Source: Prochlorococcus sp. AG-679-M23 (GTDB taxonomy: Bacteria; Cyanobacteriota; Cyanobacteriia; PCC-6307; Cyanobiaceae). Taken from it: a stretch of 64,000 bases of DNA. This document shows, piece by piece, positions 29,423 through 40,138 of the stretch. Below the pieces are notes generated by a model, which was not told the DNA's origin, made no database searches, and saw only the letters and a program-made list of their open reading frames with translations. The translations under genes and the position numbers were made by a program. The DNA is taken from assembly GCA_003208875.1 (NCBI GenBank), contig QCUR01000006.1, forward strand, positions 32,001-96,000. Direction: 5' to 3'. Position 1 is the first letter of the stretch. Each line of letters starts with the position of its first letter.

Positions 29423-30597
29423 ATAGAAAGATATTCATAAGTACTGGAGAAGTTTCAGGGGATTTGCATGGAAGTTTATTAGCTAATGCCTTATTTAATG
29501 AAGCTAAAACAAAATCTATAGATTTAGAAATTTGTGGATTAGGTGGGGCAAGGATGAAGAAAGAAGGTGTACAAATTCTTCAAGATACAACGTCAATTAG
29601 TGCAATAGGAATTTGGGAGGCTTTACCCCTTATTCTTCCAACAATAAGAATTCAAAGAAGATTTTATAAATTACTAAAAAAATATCCTCCAGATTGTCTG
29701 ATTTTGATTGACTATATGGGTCCTAATATTAATATTGGTGCTAAATTAAAAAGATCGAGAAATAATATTCCAATTTACTACTACATAGCTCCCCAAGAAT
29801 GGGCTTGGAGAGTTGGTAACAATAGCACTACAAATTTAATTAATTTTTCTGATAAAATTTTTGCGATTTTTAAGCAAGAAGCAGTTTTTTATAGAAGAAG
29901 GGGAGGAAATGTTTCTTGGGTTGGACATCCAATGCTTGATTTAACGAAAAAACTACCTTCCAAGAAATTTTCTAGAACAATTCTAAAACTTAAAGCAAAT
30001 CAAAATATCTTGCTTTTAATGCCTGCATCAAGACCACAAGAGTTAAAATATATATTGCCCACCTTTTTGAAAACCGCCAAAAAATTACAATTAAGATATC
30101 CAAGTCTCTTAGTTTATATTCCATCTTGTAGGAGTATTTTTGATGAAAAATTTAGACAGGGTTTAGAAAAATATGAAATTAAAGGGAAGGTTATTTCTCA
30201 ACAAGATAATTCTAAATTTATGCCTTACATTTATTCATTAACGAAACTAGCTTTGTGCAAATCAGGCACAGTTAATATGGAATTGGCTTTATATGGAATA
30301 CCACAGATTATTGGATATAGAGTAAGTAGAGTTACTGCTTTTATTGCTAAAAGAATTCTCAATTTTAAAGTAAGGTTTATTTCGCCTGTGAATCTTTTAG
30401 TAAAAAAATTTGTAATACCTGAGTTTGTCCAGAAAAATTTTAATGAAAAGAAAATTTTTTTTAAAGCTTGCAGGATTCTCGATCTGACATCAGAAAAAGT
30501 AAAAATCAAAAAAGGGTATACTCTTTTAAGAAAAGAATTAGGAGAGGAAGGAGTAGTTGATAGAGCGGCAAAAGAAATTATTAATTCTATTATTTGA
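29419..30597 (+). CDS. lpxB: Lipid-A-disaccharide synthase
   Basis: GEVSGDLHG, PQEWAWR, VGHP and KSGTVNME motifs. Confidence 0.96.
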   Translation: MNRKIFISTGEVSGDLHGSLLANALFNEAKTKSIDLEICGLGGARMKKEGVQILQDTTSISAIGIWEALPLILPTIRIQRRFYKLLKKYPPDCLILIDYMGPNINIGAKLKRSRNNIPIYYYIAPQEWAWRVGNNSTTNLINFSDKIFAIFKQEAVFYRRRGGNVSWVGHPMLDLTKKLPSKKFSRTILKLKANQNILLLMPASRPQELKYILPTFLKTAKKLQLRYPSLLVYIPSCRSIFDEKFRQGLEKYEIKGKVISQQDNSKFMPYIYSLTKLALCKSGTVNMELALYGIPQIIGYRVSRVTAFIAKRILNFKVRFISPVNLLVKKFVIPEFVQKNFNEKKIFFKACRILDLTSEKVKIKKGYTLLRKELGEEGVVDRAAKEIINSII

Positions 30598-30610
30598 ACT
30601 TTATAATGGA

Positions 30611-31216
30611 ATGATGAAACTTTTTTTACCTTTAATAATTGCTTTTTCAATTTTAATTAACCCTTTAAATACCCTTGCAGAAGAATTGATTCTTGCGGGA
30701 GGCTGTTTTTGGTGTTTAGAACATGACTTAGAGTCTTTAAAAGGAATTAATTCTGTAGAAAGTGGATACTCAGGAGGGGATTTACAAAATCCTTCATACG
30801 AAAATCATGAAGGGCATCAGGAAGTAGTTTTGGTTAACTATGATTCCCAACTGGTAAGTTTACCCGAGATACTTAGGCTCTATTTCAGAAATATTGATCC
30901 TATCGATGGTAAGGGGCAGTTTTGTGATCGTGGAGATTCTTATAGGCCAGTGATTTTTTTCAAAGATGATACTGAGGAAAGTGATGCAAATAATGCAATT
31001 GTTTCGGCCTCTAATGAGTTACAAGTGCCATTAGAAAAAATATCTGTAGAACTAAAATCAAAAAGTCAATTTTGGTTGGCCGAAGAATATCATCAGGATT
31101 TTGCCGAGAGAAATGAATTGAAATATAAGTTCTATAGATTCTCATGTGGGAGAGATCAGAGGTTGGATAAATTATGGGGGGATAACGCTAGGTCAACAAA
31201 TCTTTGGACTGAATGA
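30611..31216 (+). CDS. msrA: Peptide-methionine (S)-S-oxide reductase with signal peptide
   Basis: AGGCFWC, GQFCDRG and AEEYHQD motifs. Hydrophobic N-terminus from ATG 30611. Confidence 0.94.
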   Translation: MMKLFLPLIIAFSILINPLNTLAEELILAGGCFWCLEHDLESLKGINSVESGYSGGDLQNPSYENHEGHQEVVLVNYDSQLVSLPEILRLYFRNIDPIDGKGQFCDRGDSYRPVIFFKDDTEESDANNAIVSASNELQVPLEKISVELKSKSQFWLAEEYHQDFAERNELKYKFYRFSCGRDQRLDKLWGDNARSTNLWTE

Positions 31217-31228
31217 TTTCAAATATAA

Positions 31229-32701
31229 TTATTTATTTTTAATCCATTGAACAAGAGTTTTAACTCCAAAACCGGTTGCACCTGATGGATTAATCCCCTT
31301 ATTCTTATCAGTCCAGCAAGTCCCAGCAATATCAATATGAGCCCATTTAATCTCTGTATCAAAGAATTCCTCTAAAAACAAAGCAGCTGTTATAGACCCA
31401 CCTGCTCTAGGGCCTGTATTTTTCATATCAGCTATATGAGACTTTAACCCTTCTTTATAAGATTTTTGTAAAGGCATTTGCCATAATTCTTCTCCAGCTT
31501 GGGATGATGCAGCTTTTAGATCATTTGCTAGATCATCATTATTGCTCCAGAATCCAGCTACATCATTCCCTAATGCAACAACAATAGCTCCTGTTAAAGT
31601 GGCGAGATCTATTATTGAATCCGGTTTTAAATTGGATGCATAAGTTAAAGCATCAGCTAATGTGAGTCTACCCTCTGCATCAGTGTTATTTATTTCAATT
31701 GTCTTACCATTAGATGCCTTAACTACATCTCCTGGATGTACTGCAGATCCATTTATCATATTTTCGCAAGCTGCCACAATAAAATGTATTTCTAGTCCCT
31801 TTGGTTTTATTGCTCCAAGAGCTTTTGCTGCTCCTAAAACTGCAGCGCTTCCGCCCATATCATATTTCATCATTTCAATTTGAGAGGCTCCTACTTTTAG
31901 GTTGTATCCTCCAGAATCAAAGGTTAAACCCTTCCCAACAAGTGCAATCTTTTCTTTTATAGGCCCCTCTGACTTCAAAGTAAGATGTATAAATTTAGGG
32001 TCTAGATCTGAACCTTTTGCAACAGCTAAATATGCACCCATTCCTAAATCTTCACATTCTTTTGCCTCTAAAATTTTTACTTCCAAACCATGATCTTTAG
32101 CTATTTTAGAAGCTTGCATAGACATTTCTTGGGGCGTAAGACTATTTGGAGGGGCGGCTACAAGTCTTCTCGCTAGTTCTACACCTTCACATATTTTTTC
32201 TGTATCTTCAAAGCTGATATTCTCAAGTTTTTTTAAATTCAAAAACTCTATTTCTTTAAGAACTTTCTTTTCATCTTTTTTCTTATTAAATCTATTGTCT
32301 TTATAAGCAGATAATCTTGCTGACTCTGCTAATTGACTTATTTCTAGTTGCGAATTTATTAATTCCCAAGGTAGCAAGATGCTGATTTTTTCATTTTTAT
32401 CAACAGTTTTTCTAATAAGATTTCCTATGGAGTTTTCTATATCACTTTTATGTAGGTCTTTCGATTTGCCAAGACCAATTATGATTAAAGTTTCTAATTT
32501 TTGATCTAAAAATTCAAAGCTTAAAGTTTTTCCTTTTTCTCCTTTGAATTTTTTTTGAGTAACTCTTTGTAATAATAATTTTGGGTCAACAACAAATTTT
32601 ATGTTTTCGAGTTGGCTGGCAATTTCTTCCTCTAAAACTCCAAAAATTAATGAAGCACCTTGCCAGTTATCTAGATTTTTTTGGAATGTGGAAAATTGCA
32701 T
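31229..32701 (-). CDS. pepA: Leucyl aminopeptidase (M17)
   Basis: [18 protein letters not shown] and NTDAEGRL motifs. Confidence 0.97.
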   Translation of the reverse strand: MQFSTFQKNLDNWQGASLIFGVLEEEIASQLENIKFVVDPKLLLQRVTQKKFKGEKGKTLSFEFLDQKLETLIIIGLGKSKDLHKSDIENSIGNLIRKTVDKNEKISILLPWELINSQLEISQLAESARLSAYKDNRFNKKKDEKKVLKEIEFLNLKKLENISFEDTEKICEGVELARRLVAAPPNSLTPQEMSMQASKIAKDHGLEVKILEAKECEDLGMGAYLAVAKGSDLDPKFIHLTLKSEGPIKEKIALVGKGLTFDSGGYNLKVGASQIEMMKYDMGGSAAVLGAAKALGAIKPKGLEIHFIVAACENMINGSAVHPGDVVKASNGKTIEINNTDAEGRLTLADALTYASNLKPDSIIDLATLTGAIVVALGNDVAGFWSNNDDLANDLKAASSQAGEELWQMPLQKSYKEGLKSHIADMKNTGPRAGGSITAALFLEEFFDTEIKWAHIDIAGTCWTDKNKGINPSGATGFGVKTLVQWIKNK

Positions 32702-32725
32702 TTTTAGAAAGGATTTAATTAACTT

Positions 32726-33337
32726 TTAGTTGTTTGTGAAAGTAGTTGCCCACCTATCTCGAGTTTCTTTATTAAAAGGTGGTAACCATAAATATATCAG
32801 TTGCTGTTCTAATTTACGTCTTAATTTTACTTCTTTAGGAACATCTAAGAAGAAACGAATATCTTGATGACTTGAGAGGTTGTTATGAGCTAAAGCTTCT
32901 TTATAGTTCATGAGGTAATTTTTACAGTCATGTTCTCCCTTCCATCTTTTATTTGCTAAATTTGTTTCTCCTATATAAAGAATTATTTTAGAACTCTCCA
33001 TCGAGTCAATTACAAAATACATTGCTGGACCATTGTGTATATATTGATTGGTTCTCCAAAAGTTCAATGATAATGGTTGAAGGGAAAACGGATCAATTTT
33101 TCTTTCAATGGAAATTCTATTTATAGGAAGACTAGTTTGGCGAAAAGTTTTATTGTTAGTATCTTTTGAAATTTTGAATTGGTGATTATGGATTCTGTTT
33201 CTCCATTCAGTTAGGATTTCACCTTTGATTTTTAGATTATTTGAGTGTTGAAAATTAATTGATGTATTTACATTTGAGCCAAATAATTCAAATTGTCTAT
33301 TTTTGTTTGAAATATTATTTACGTTGAATTTTTCCAA
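32726..33337 (-). CDS. GIY-YIG-like nuclease domain protein
   Basis: AMYFV...LYIGET...RW...H...LE...PPFN pattern. Confidence 0.7.
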   Translation of the reverse strand: MEKFNVNNISNKNRQFELFGSNVNTSINFQHSNNLKIKGEILTEWRNRIHNHQFKISKDTNNKTFRQTSLPINRISIERKIDPFSLQPLSLNFWRTNQYIHNGPAMYFVIDSMESSKIILYIGETNLANKRWKGEHDCKNYLMNYKEALAHNNLSSHQDIRFFLDVPKEVKLRRKLEQQLIYLWLPPFNKETRDRWATTFTNN

Positions 33338-33489
33338 TATTTATGAAACATGTCTACTAAATTTAATTCTGAAATAATATAAATCAAAGAATTATTTATA
33401 AACTAAAATTTATTAATGTACTAATCAATTCAAAAGATTCTTGTTATGGTGTAATTGAGCCTTTATTCTTGCGAAGTAAACAAATAGAA

Positions 33490-33813
33490 ATGGGATTTTT
33501 TGAGTCAGACATCGTTCAAGAAGAAGCTAAAAAGCTTTTTACAGATTATCAAGAACTTATGAAACTTGGTTCTGATTATGGAAAATTTGACAGAGAAGGG
33601 AAAAAAATGTTTATAAAAAAAATGGAATCTCTAATGGATCGTTATAAGGTTTTTATGAAGAGATTTGAATTGTCAGAAGATTTTCAAGCAAAAATGACAG
33701 TAGAACAATTAAAGACACAGTTAAGTCAATTTGGGATTACTCCTGATCAAATGTTCGAACAGATGAATAAAACTTTAATAAGAATGAAGGATGAACTTGA
33801 TAAAACTTCTTAA
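33490..33813 (+). CDS. DUF1825 family cyanobacterial protein
   Basis: MGFFESDIVQEEAK...YGKFDREGK...KRFELSEDF. Confidence 0.85.
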   Translation: MGFFESDIVQEEAKKLFTDYQELMKLGSDYGKFDREGKKMFIKKMESLMDRYKVFMKRFELSEDFQAKMTVEQLKTQLSQFGITPDQMFEQMNKTLIRMKDELDKTS

Positions 33814-33832
33814 AAATAACGGTTAAAGCTTT

Positions 33833-35071
33833 ATGTCAGATAATTTAATATTGCCATCATGGCTATCAAGAGGAATAGAAGAATATTTCCCAATTAAAGG
33901 AACAGATCAAACTTTTTCGGAGATAATTGATCATGCGAAAAAAAATAATAAAAAATTAAGGGTTAAACTTGGAATCGATCCAACTGGAACAGATATTCAC
34001 CTTGGGCATAGCATATTGTTTAAAAAACTTAGGGCATTCCAAGATAATGGACATATTGCAGTTTTAATTATTGGGGATTTTACTGCTCAAATTGGAGACC
34101 CAACAGGAAAAAGTAAAACAAGAGTGCAGTTATCGGAAAAACAAGTTAAAGATAATGCAAAAACATATTTAACCCAACTAGGAATGGGTAAGCCAGCTAA
34201 TGAATCTATTTTAGATTTTGATTCAAAAGATAGAATAGAAATTAGATATAACAGTGAATGGTTAAAAGGATTAAATCTTAATTCGATAATTGAATTAATG
34301 GGGAGTGCAACAGTTAGTCAAATGCTAGCTAAGGAGGAGTTTAATAAAAGGTACACTTCACAAGTTCCAATTGCTTTGCATGAATTCTTATATCCACTAT
34401 TACAAGGTTACGATTCAGTAGTTGTTCAATCAGATATTGAGCTTGGCGGTACAGATCAGAAATTTAATATTGCAATAGGAAGAGATCTTCAAAAGCATTT
34501 TAAACAAGAACCTCAATTCGGTGTGCTGTTGCCAATTTTGACAGGTTTAGATGGAATTAAGAAGATGAGTAAATCTGAATTTAACACCGTCGGTTTGACT
34601 GATGATCCTCTTTCAATGTATTCAAAATTAGAAAAAGTACCCGATATATTAATACCTACCTATTTTGAATTACTTACTGAATTAGATTTAAGTTTTCAAG
34701 AAAACTTAAATCCTCGAGAATTACAGAGAAAAATGGCTTTAGAAGTTACTTCTTTATTCCATGGAGCTGAAGAAGCATTAAAGGCGCAATCAAACTGCGA
34801 AAAATTATTCCTTGGAGACAAAGAAAAAGTTGGAGAAATTCCAGAGATTTCATTAAAAGAAATAGTTTTTCCAGTTAAGTTCTTTTACTTGCTAAGTGCT
34901 CTTAAATTTTTCAAATCTAGTAGCGAATCCAAAAGATCTATTAAAGGTGGAGGGGTAAAAATTGATAGTCAAAAAATAATAAATCCTGATTTAGTTTTTG
35001 ATTCAAAAAATGATTTGGAAGGGAAAATATTGCAAATTGGAAAAAAAATAATTAAAAGGTTTGAGAATTAA
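33833..35071 (+). CDS. tyrS: Tyrosine--tRNA ligase
   Basis: [27 protein letters not shown] and KMSKS motifs, plus a C-terminal S4 domain. Confidence 0.97.
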   Translation: MSDNLILPSWLSRGIEEYFPIKGTDQTFSEIIDHAKKNNKKLRVKLGIDPTGTDIHLGHSILFKKLRAFQDNGHIAVLIIGDFTAQIGDPTGKSKTRVQLSEKQVKDNAKTYLTQLGMGKPANESILDFDSKDRIEIRYNSEWLKGLNLNSIIELMGSATVSQMLAKEEFNKRYTSQVPIALHEFLYPLLQGYDSVVVQSDIELGGTDQKFNIAIGRDLQKHFKQEPQFGVLLPILTGLDGIKKMSKSEFNTVGLTDDPLSMYSKLEKVPDILIPTYFELLTELDLSFQENLNPRELQRKMALEVTSLFHGAEEALKAQSNCEKLFLGDKEKVGEIPEISLKEIVFPVKFFYLLSALKFFKSSSESKRSIKGGGVKIDSQKIINPDLVFDSKNDLEGKILQIGKKIIKRFEN

Positions 35072-35077
35072 AATTAA

Positions 35078-35797
35078 ATGAATAAAATTAATCCAGAAGA
35101 AAAAATAATTTTAGCTATTGACGGATTAGACATACATCAAGCAAAAGTCTTTCTTAAGAGTTGTCCAAATATAAAATGGGTAAAAGTTGGCTTAGAACTT
35201 TTCACTAGGGAAGGACCTAGTGTAATTAAAATTTTGAAAAATTTAAATAAAAGAATTTTCTTAGATCTTAAATTTCACGATATTCCGAATACTATGAGCG
35301 CTGCTTGTTGTGAGGTTTCCAAACTAGGAGTTGATATTATTTCTGTTCATGCTTCAGCAGGATCTAAAGCTCTTAATGAATCAAAAAAGGCATCTATAGA
35401 AGGAGCAAAAACAGCTAATGTAAATGCTCCTTATGTTATAGGGATAACTGTTTTAACTAGCTTATCTAGTAAGGAATTCCAAACTGATCTTGATAGAAAA
35501 AACTCAATTGAGGAAAATGTCATCAGGCTTGCAAAATTGTCTTTTGATGCTGGATTAGATGGATGCGTTTGTTCCCCTTTGGAGGCAAAAATATTGAGAT
35601 CAATGTATAAAAATAATTTCGAATTAATTACACCTGGTATAAGGACAAATATTCAAAAAAAAGATGATCAAAATAGAATAATGACTCCTTATGAAGCAAT
35701 AAGTAATGGAGCTTCTAAATTGGTTATTGGAAGAGCTATCACGAAAGCTAAAGATCCCAATAAGGCTTTTTTGGATATCTGCGAGTCTATTTGTTAA
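35078..35797 (+). CDS. pyrF: Orotidine-5'-phosphate decarboxylase
   Basis: [17 protein letters not shown] and LVIGRAIT motifs. Confidence 0.97.
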   Translation: MNKINPEEKIILAIDGLDIHQAKVFLKSCPNIKWVKVGLELFTREGPSVIKILKNLNKRIFLDLKFHDIPNTMSAACCEVSKLGVDIISVHASAGSKALNESKKASIEGAKTANVNAPYVIGITVLTSLSSKEFQTDLDRKNSIEENVIRLAKLSFDAGLDGCVCSPLEAKILRSMYKNNFELITPGIRTNIQKKDDQNRIMTPYEAISNGASKLVIGRAITKAKDPNKAFLDICESIC

Positions 35798-36383
35798 TAT
35801 CATTTATCTTTGATTCTTCTCCTATAAGTAATCGTCTAATATTTGTTCTATGTTTCCAAATAACTAATATTGATACAACTAAACTAATCAAGAAGTAAGG
35901 ATGATTAGTAGATCCAATATCCAAAAACATCAAAAATGGTAAAAAAATTGCAGCTGAGATACTAGATAAAGAGACTATCTTAGATTTTGCAAGAATTATT
36001 AAAAAAATTCCCAATGATGCAAATCCTACTTTCCAAGAAAGAGCAATAAACATTCCTAAACCTGTAGCTACTGCCTTCCCACCTCTTCCTTTTAACCATA
36101 TTGGCCATATATGTCCCGAAATAGCAGCAATCCCTGCTAAAACTTCAAATAAGTTTTGATTTGTATAATATTGAGCAATTTTAACAGCAATAAGACCTTT
36201 GCCTACATCAATAATAAAAACAAAAAAAGCAGGCCATTTTCCCACATTTCTTAAAACATTCGTTGCCCCGGTTGATCCAGATCCTGTAAGTCTTAAATCA
36301 ATATTTTTTAGAAATTTACCAAATAAGAATCCTGTTGGCAGTGATCCCAAAAAATAACTTATAGAAATAATTAAAATATGCAT
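35787..36383 (-). CDS. plsY: Glycerol-3-phosphate acyltransferase PlsY
   Basis: [19 protein letters not shown] and HRTNIRRL motifs. Confidence 0.96.
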   Translation of the reverse strand: MHILIISISYFLGSLPTGFLFGKFLKNIDLRLTGSGSTGATNVLRNVGKWPAFFVFIIDVGKGLIAVKIAQYYTNQNLFEVLAGIAAISGHIWPIWLKGRGGKAVATGLGMFIALSWKVGFASLGIFLIILAKSKIVSLSSISAAIFLPFLMFLDIGSTNHPYFLISLVVSILVIWKHRTNIRRLLIGEESKINDINK

Positions 36384-36388
36384 AGAAG

Positions 36389-37399
36389 TTAATTTAGTTC
36401 AAGATCATCAAAAATTTCATCATTTGAGCCTGCGAAAGCAAGCCATAATGGAAATTGAAGAATTGGTATTTCTATAGATGTTTCAGCTGCATCCACAATA
36501 ATAAATGGCAATTCTTCATTAGCCTCTAATCTGTCCGCTCTTTCTATAACGCCTTCTGGCCTTTCAAAAAGAACAATGCCGCTATTGGGTCCAAAATCAT
36601 CTCTTGTAAGACCTAAGGAATCTTGTAAAACTCTCCTCCACTCTCCTAACCTCTCAGGCTGAGAAGCCAATATTAGAGTTTGAAACTGGTCACCATACAA
36701 TTCACCAAGAATAGCTATTAATCCAGCAGATAATAAAGCATTTTTTTGCCTAGAACCTCTGCTCTCTAGGGATCCCCTCCCACCCATATTAAAAAACCAA
36801 TCATCCATGACTTCAATATCTGATGAATCAAGGCTTCGTCTTAATTTCCACGGTTCTGAATAAAAATCAGGCTGTTCTATAAAATTTGAGAAACAACTTC
36901 TAATGAGTTGTTCATCTGGTTTAAATGTTTCAGATAAGGCAGGAACGGTAAGCAATTCATTTTTGTTTGAAGCCTCTTTTTTTTCGTCAAGAGGAGAAGG
37001 CTTAACAACTATTGGTTGTGAAACTAATTCTAGTTTTTCTACATTTTGTGAAAGGTTCTGTAAAGAGCCCGTTAAATATTCTTGGAATCCCTTTACTCTT
37101 TTAGCGATATTATCTGATTGACCCTTGAAATTTGATTCAATATCTTTATCTAATTCATTTTTTTTTGTTTCTAAATCTTTTATCTCTTTAACTAAAGAGA
37201 TTTTTTTTGAAATAAGTTCGCTAAAGATTTCATTTGAAATATCATCTATAGATTTATTAGGTTTTTTGCTTACAGAAGTTACCTTATTATTTTTAATAGT
37301 TTTATTTTTGATTATCTCATTATCTTTTGCTTTTGAAGTTGATTTATTGATTATTGATTCCTTATCAGGATTATTATTAGAAATTTTAGTATTAGTCAT
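36389..37399 (-). CDS. DUF3086 domain protein
   Basis: Coiled-coil N-terminus, then [19 protein letters not shown] and ERLGEWRR...LG..DFGP. Confidence 0.82.
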   Translation of the reverse strand: MTNTKISNNNPDKESIINKSTSKAKDNEIIKNKTIKNNKVTSVSKKPNKSIDDISNEIFSELISKKISLVKEIKDLETKKNELDKDIESNFKGQSDNIAKRVKGFQEYLTGSLQNLSQNVEKLELVSQPIVVKPSPLDEKKEASNKNELLTVPALSETFKPDEQLIRSCFSNFIEQPDFYSEPWKLRRSLDSSDIEVMDDWFFNMGGRGSLESRGSRQKNALLSAGLIAILGELYGDQFQTLILASQPERLGEWRRVLQDSLGLTRDDFGPNSGIVLFERPEGVIERADRLEANEELPFIIVDAAETSIEIPILQFPLWLAFAGSNDEIFDDLELN

Positions 37400-37433
37400 T
37401 TAATTAAATTTGTAATTAATCAAAAATTTATTT

Positions 37434-37838
37434 TTAAGGGTTTTTAATTTCCAGAGATTCAACTTTCTTAATAAGTTCGTTTTTTAGTTGCTCTGGATTA
37501 AATAGTATAGGTAATAAATGAGGGCTAGACTTTTCTCTAAAGTAAAAAATACCGGGAATTATGGGAAAAAAGAATTTCCAAGAGATCCAATTTTTAAATG
37601 GAAAGGTTCTAATTTCTTTCCCAAGTTGCAAAACTACAAAATCTTCATTAGTGATTTTTATTCTTAAAGTAAATGATTGAAGCAATAAAAAAAAGCTAAA
37701 TGCAGCAAATACTATTGTGGGCCAATAACCAATATTTAGAAATAGGAGCATAAAACTTAAAATTATTAGGATTATTGGTAATTGAAAAGATGGAGAGATG
37801 GTTACTGGCTCAGTTAGCTTTGATTTAGTATTAAACAT
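37434..37838 (-). CDS. DUF3119 family membrane protein
   Basis: Two TM helices followed by FYFREKSSPHLLPILF. Confidence 0.8.
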   Translation of the reverse strand: MFNTKSKLTEPVTISPSFQLPIILIILSFMLLFLNIGYWPTIVFAAFSFFLLLQSFTLRIKITNEDFVVLQLGKEIRTFPFKNWISWKFFFPIIPGIFYFREKSSPHLLPILFNPEQLKNELIKKVESLEIKNP

Positions 37839-37842
37839 CGAT

Positions 37843-38598
37843 TTATCCAAATAATATTTGTGTTAGAACTACATCCATTAAAGATACAGTAACAAGAGTC
37901 ATTACCACAGCACCTGTTGTACTTGTTCCTACTTCTTTTGGGCCTCCCTTAGTAGTAAGGCCATATCCGCAGGCAATAATTGATATTAGTAATCCGAAAA
38001 CAACGGATTTAATTATCATGGATGATAAGTCTGAACTAGTTAAGCTTACATTACCAGAACGAACAGAGTTCCAAAAAACAATGGGAGGAACTTTATAAAA
38101 AATTGTGCTCCAGATTTGCCCACTCCATAAAGCAACTGATAAAAATAAAAGACATTGTATTGGTGACATAATTATCATGGAAAGTAATCTTGGAACTACT
38201 AAATATTGAATTGGTTCAGTTCTTAACATTGTTATAGCTTCTATTTGTTCTGTAACTTTCATCGTTCCAAGTTGAGCTGCATATGCAGTAGCGACTTTGC
38301 CAGTCATTAAAGTAGCAGTTAGGAGAGGAGCCATTTCTCTTGCCATCCCTACAGCTAGTAAGCCCCCTATTTCACTTGAAACCCCCATGCTTGTTAGTTG
38401 GGAAGCTACCTGAATATTAAAAACTGTACCTGCCGCAATGCCTGTAATTAATACAATGAGCAAACTTCCGGGACCTGATTCCATAAGCTGTTCAAAAAGA
38501 TCGTTTTTTGAAATTTTACCTCTAAAGATATAGTTAATTGCTTGTCCTCCAATTACGAGGCTGCTTAAAAGTCTTTTAAAAAACTTTGGATAGTACAT
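37843..38598 (-). CDS. mlaE: MlaE/Ycf63 (TGD1-like) lipid ABC permease
   Basis: REMAPLLTA, AQLGTMKVTEQIEA, YLVVPR and GGPKEVGTSTT motifs. Confidence 0.9.
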   Translation of the reverse strand: MYYPKFFKRLLSSLVIGGQAINYIFRGKISKNDLFEQLMESGPGSLLIVLITGIAAGTVFNIQVASQLTSMGVSSEIGGLLAVGMAREMAPLLTATLMTGKVATAYAAQLGTMKVTEQIEAITMLRTEPIQYLVVPRLLSMIIMSPIQCLLFLSVALWSGQIWSTIFYKVPPIVFWNSVRSGNVSLTSSDLSSMIIKSVVFGLLISIIACGYGLTTKGGPKEVGTSTTGAVVMTLVTVSLMDVVLTQILFG

Positions 38599-38607
38599 GT
38601 TTTTATA

Positions 38608-40005
38608 TTAATTGGTTAATAATTTTTGATCCCACTTTCGCATTATAAATAGTCCAACTATTACTAACAAAGAAGGTATAAGGCCAATACATAACCTAAT
38701 GGTTAATTGAGCTAAAGATGATTGTTCAATAATATTTAAAGTAGAATTGTTCACATAACATGATTGATAACCAGATATATATAGTAATAAACCTAATACT
38801 TGAACACTTAGTCCAATGCCAATTTTCTGAATAAGAACCATCCAAGCAGTATAAAGGCCTGCTGGTTTTTCTGGGTCTTCATCAATTGCATCAGGAAGTA
38901 GTGACCAAGGTATTAAATACGCGGTTGAAGCTCCTATTCCAATTAAACAGATTATGACAATCAAAATTATGAAAAGGATAAGGTTATCAAAATTAAGTAA
39001 AAAGCCATCTTCTATAGAAGAAACTTTTGATAGAGAAGGCAAAAATAATGCTGCTGTACAAGAAACAATCCAAATAATTGCACCGTAGTTTAAAGCTGAA
39101 ATTCTGTTCAACTTATTTGAAACTCTTGCCCATATTTGTAATCCTATTAGGGCACTTATTTGGAATGGTATTGGAACCCAGTTAGCAATTTCTGAAGGCA
39201 CATTAAGAACATCCTCTACATAAATTAACGCGACTGTTTGCATTAACTGCAAGGCACACCAAAGTAAAATATAAAGAGAAATTACTTTAAGAAATTTTTT
39301 GTTATTAAATATTCTTTTGAATTGAAGTTTAATTGGTTCCGTTTTCCCAGATGGCCGTCTAGCTTTTTTTGCATATGGGGCTAGTCCCCAGCAAGATAAT
39401 AAGGTTGTTATTACTGCTATAAAACCGCTAATTTTGCCCATCACAAAATATTCGTTATTAGCTATTCCTTCTGAATTTAAAACCACTCCAGCTATTATTA
39501 AACCAGTTAAACCAGCTATTATTGAGCCTGTAAATCTTGCGGCATTTAACCTAGTTCTTATTGAAGTTTTTTCTGAGATTTCTGTAGATAGAGCTGCGAA
39601 AGGAAGATTAATACTTGTATAAGCAGTCATTACTATTATTGAAATCAAAGTATAGTAAATTGTTCGGTTTATTACAGGACCTGTGGGGATCCACCAAATT
39701 GCTGCCAAAGAAATCCCTAGAGGCACTGCAGCAATTAGCATCCAAGGTATCCTTGGCCCCCATTTCGATTTTGTCCTATCACTTAACCATCCTATTAATG
39801 GATCGTTTATTGCATCCCATATTTTTATCAACATTAGTAATGAACCTGCAATTAAAACCGGTAAACCTGCCGAACAAATAAAGAATCTAAAAAGGAAGAA
39901 GCCAAATTGTGTGGCGGCTAGACCTGTGCCTGCATCTCCAAGTCCATATGAGAGCATTAATCTTGTTCTTGATCCGGTTATATTTTTTGAGTGTGAATTT
40001 TCCAA
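38608..40005 (-). CDS. MFS transporter, GPH/MelB (MFS_2) family
   Basis: YGLGDAG and WDAINDPLIGWLSDRT...GPRIPW motifs. About 11-12 TM segments. Confidence 0.9.
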   Translation of the reverse strand: MENSHSKNITGSRTRLMLSYGLGDAGTGLAATQFGFFLFRFFICSAGLPVLIAGSLLMLIKIWDAINDPLIGWLSDRTKSKWGPRIPWMLIAAVPLGISLAAIWWIPTGPVINRTIYYTLISIIVMTAYTSINLPFAALSTEISEKTSIRTRLNAARFTGSIIAGLTGLIIAGVVLNSEGIANNEYFVMGKISGFIAVITTLLSCWGLAPYAKKARRPSGKTEPIKLQFKRIFNNKKFLKVISLYILLWCALQLMQTVALIYVEDVLNVPSEIANWVPIPFQISALIGLQIWARVSNKLNRISALNYGAIIWIVSCTAALFLPSLSKVSSIEDGFLLNFDNLILFIILIVIICLIGIGASTAYLIPWSLLPDAIDEDPEKPAGLYTAWMVLIQKIGIGLSVQVLGLLLYISGYQSCYVNNSTLNIIEQSSLAQLTIRLCIGLIPSLLVIVGLFIMRKWDQKLLTN

Positions 40006-40066
40006 TCTTTTTACTTTGTTGATTGTTTGGTAATGTATTATTGCAAAGGTAATTCTATTACTTTTT

Positions 40067-40137
40067 GCGGGCGTGGTTTAGTGGTAAAACCTCAGCCTTC
40101 CAAGCTGAAGATGCGGGTTCGATTCCCGCCGCCCGCT
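40067..40137 (+). tRNA. tRNA-Gly(TCC)
   Basis: GCGGGCGTGGTTTAGTGGTAAAACCTCAGCCTTCCAAGCTGAAGATGCGGGTTCGATTCCCGCCGCCCGCT cloverleaf. Confidence 0.96.
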
Positions 40138-40138
40138 T

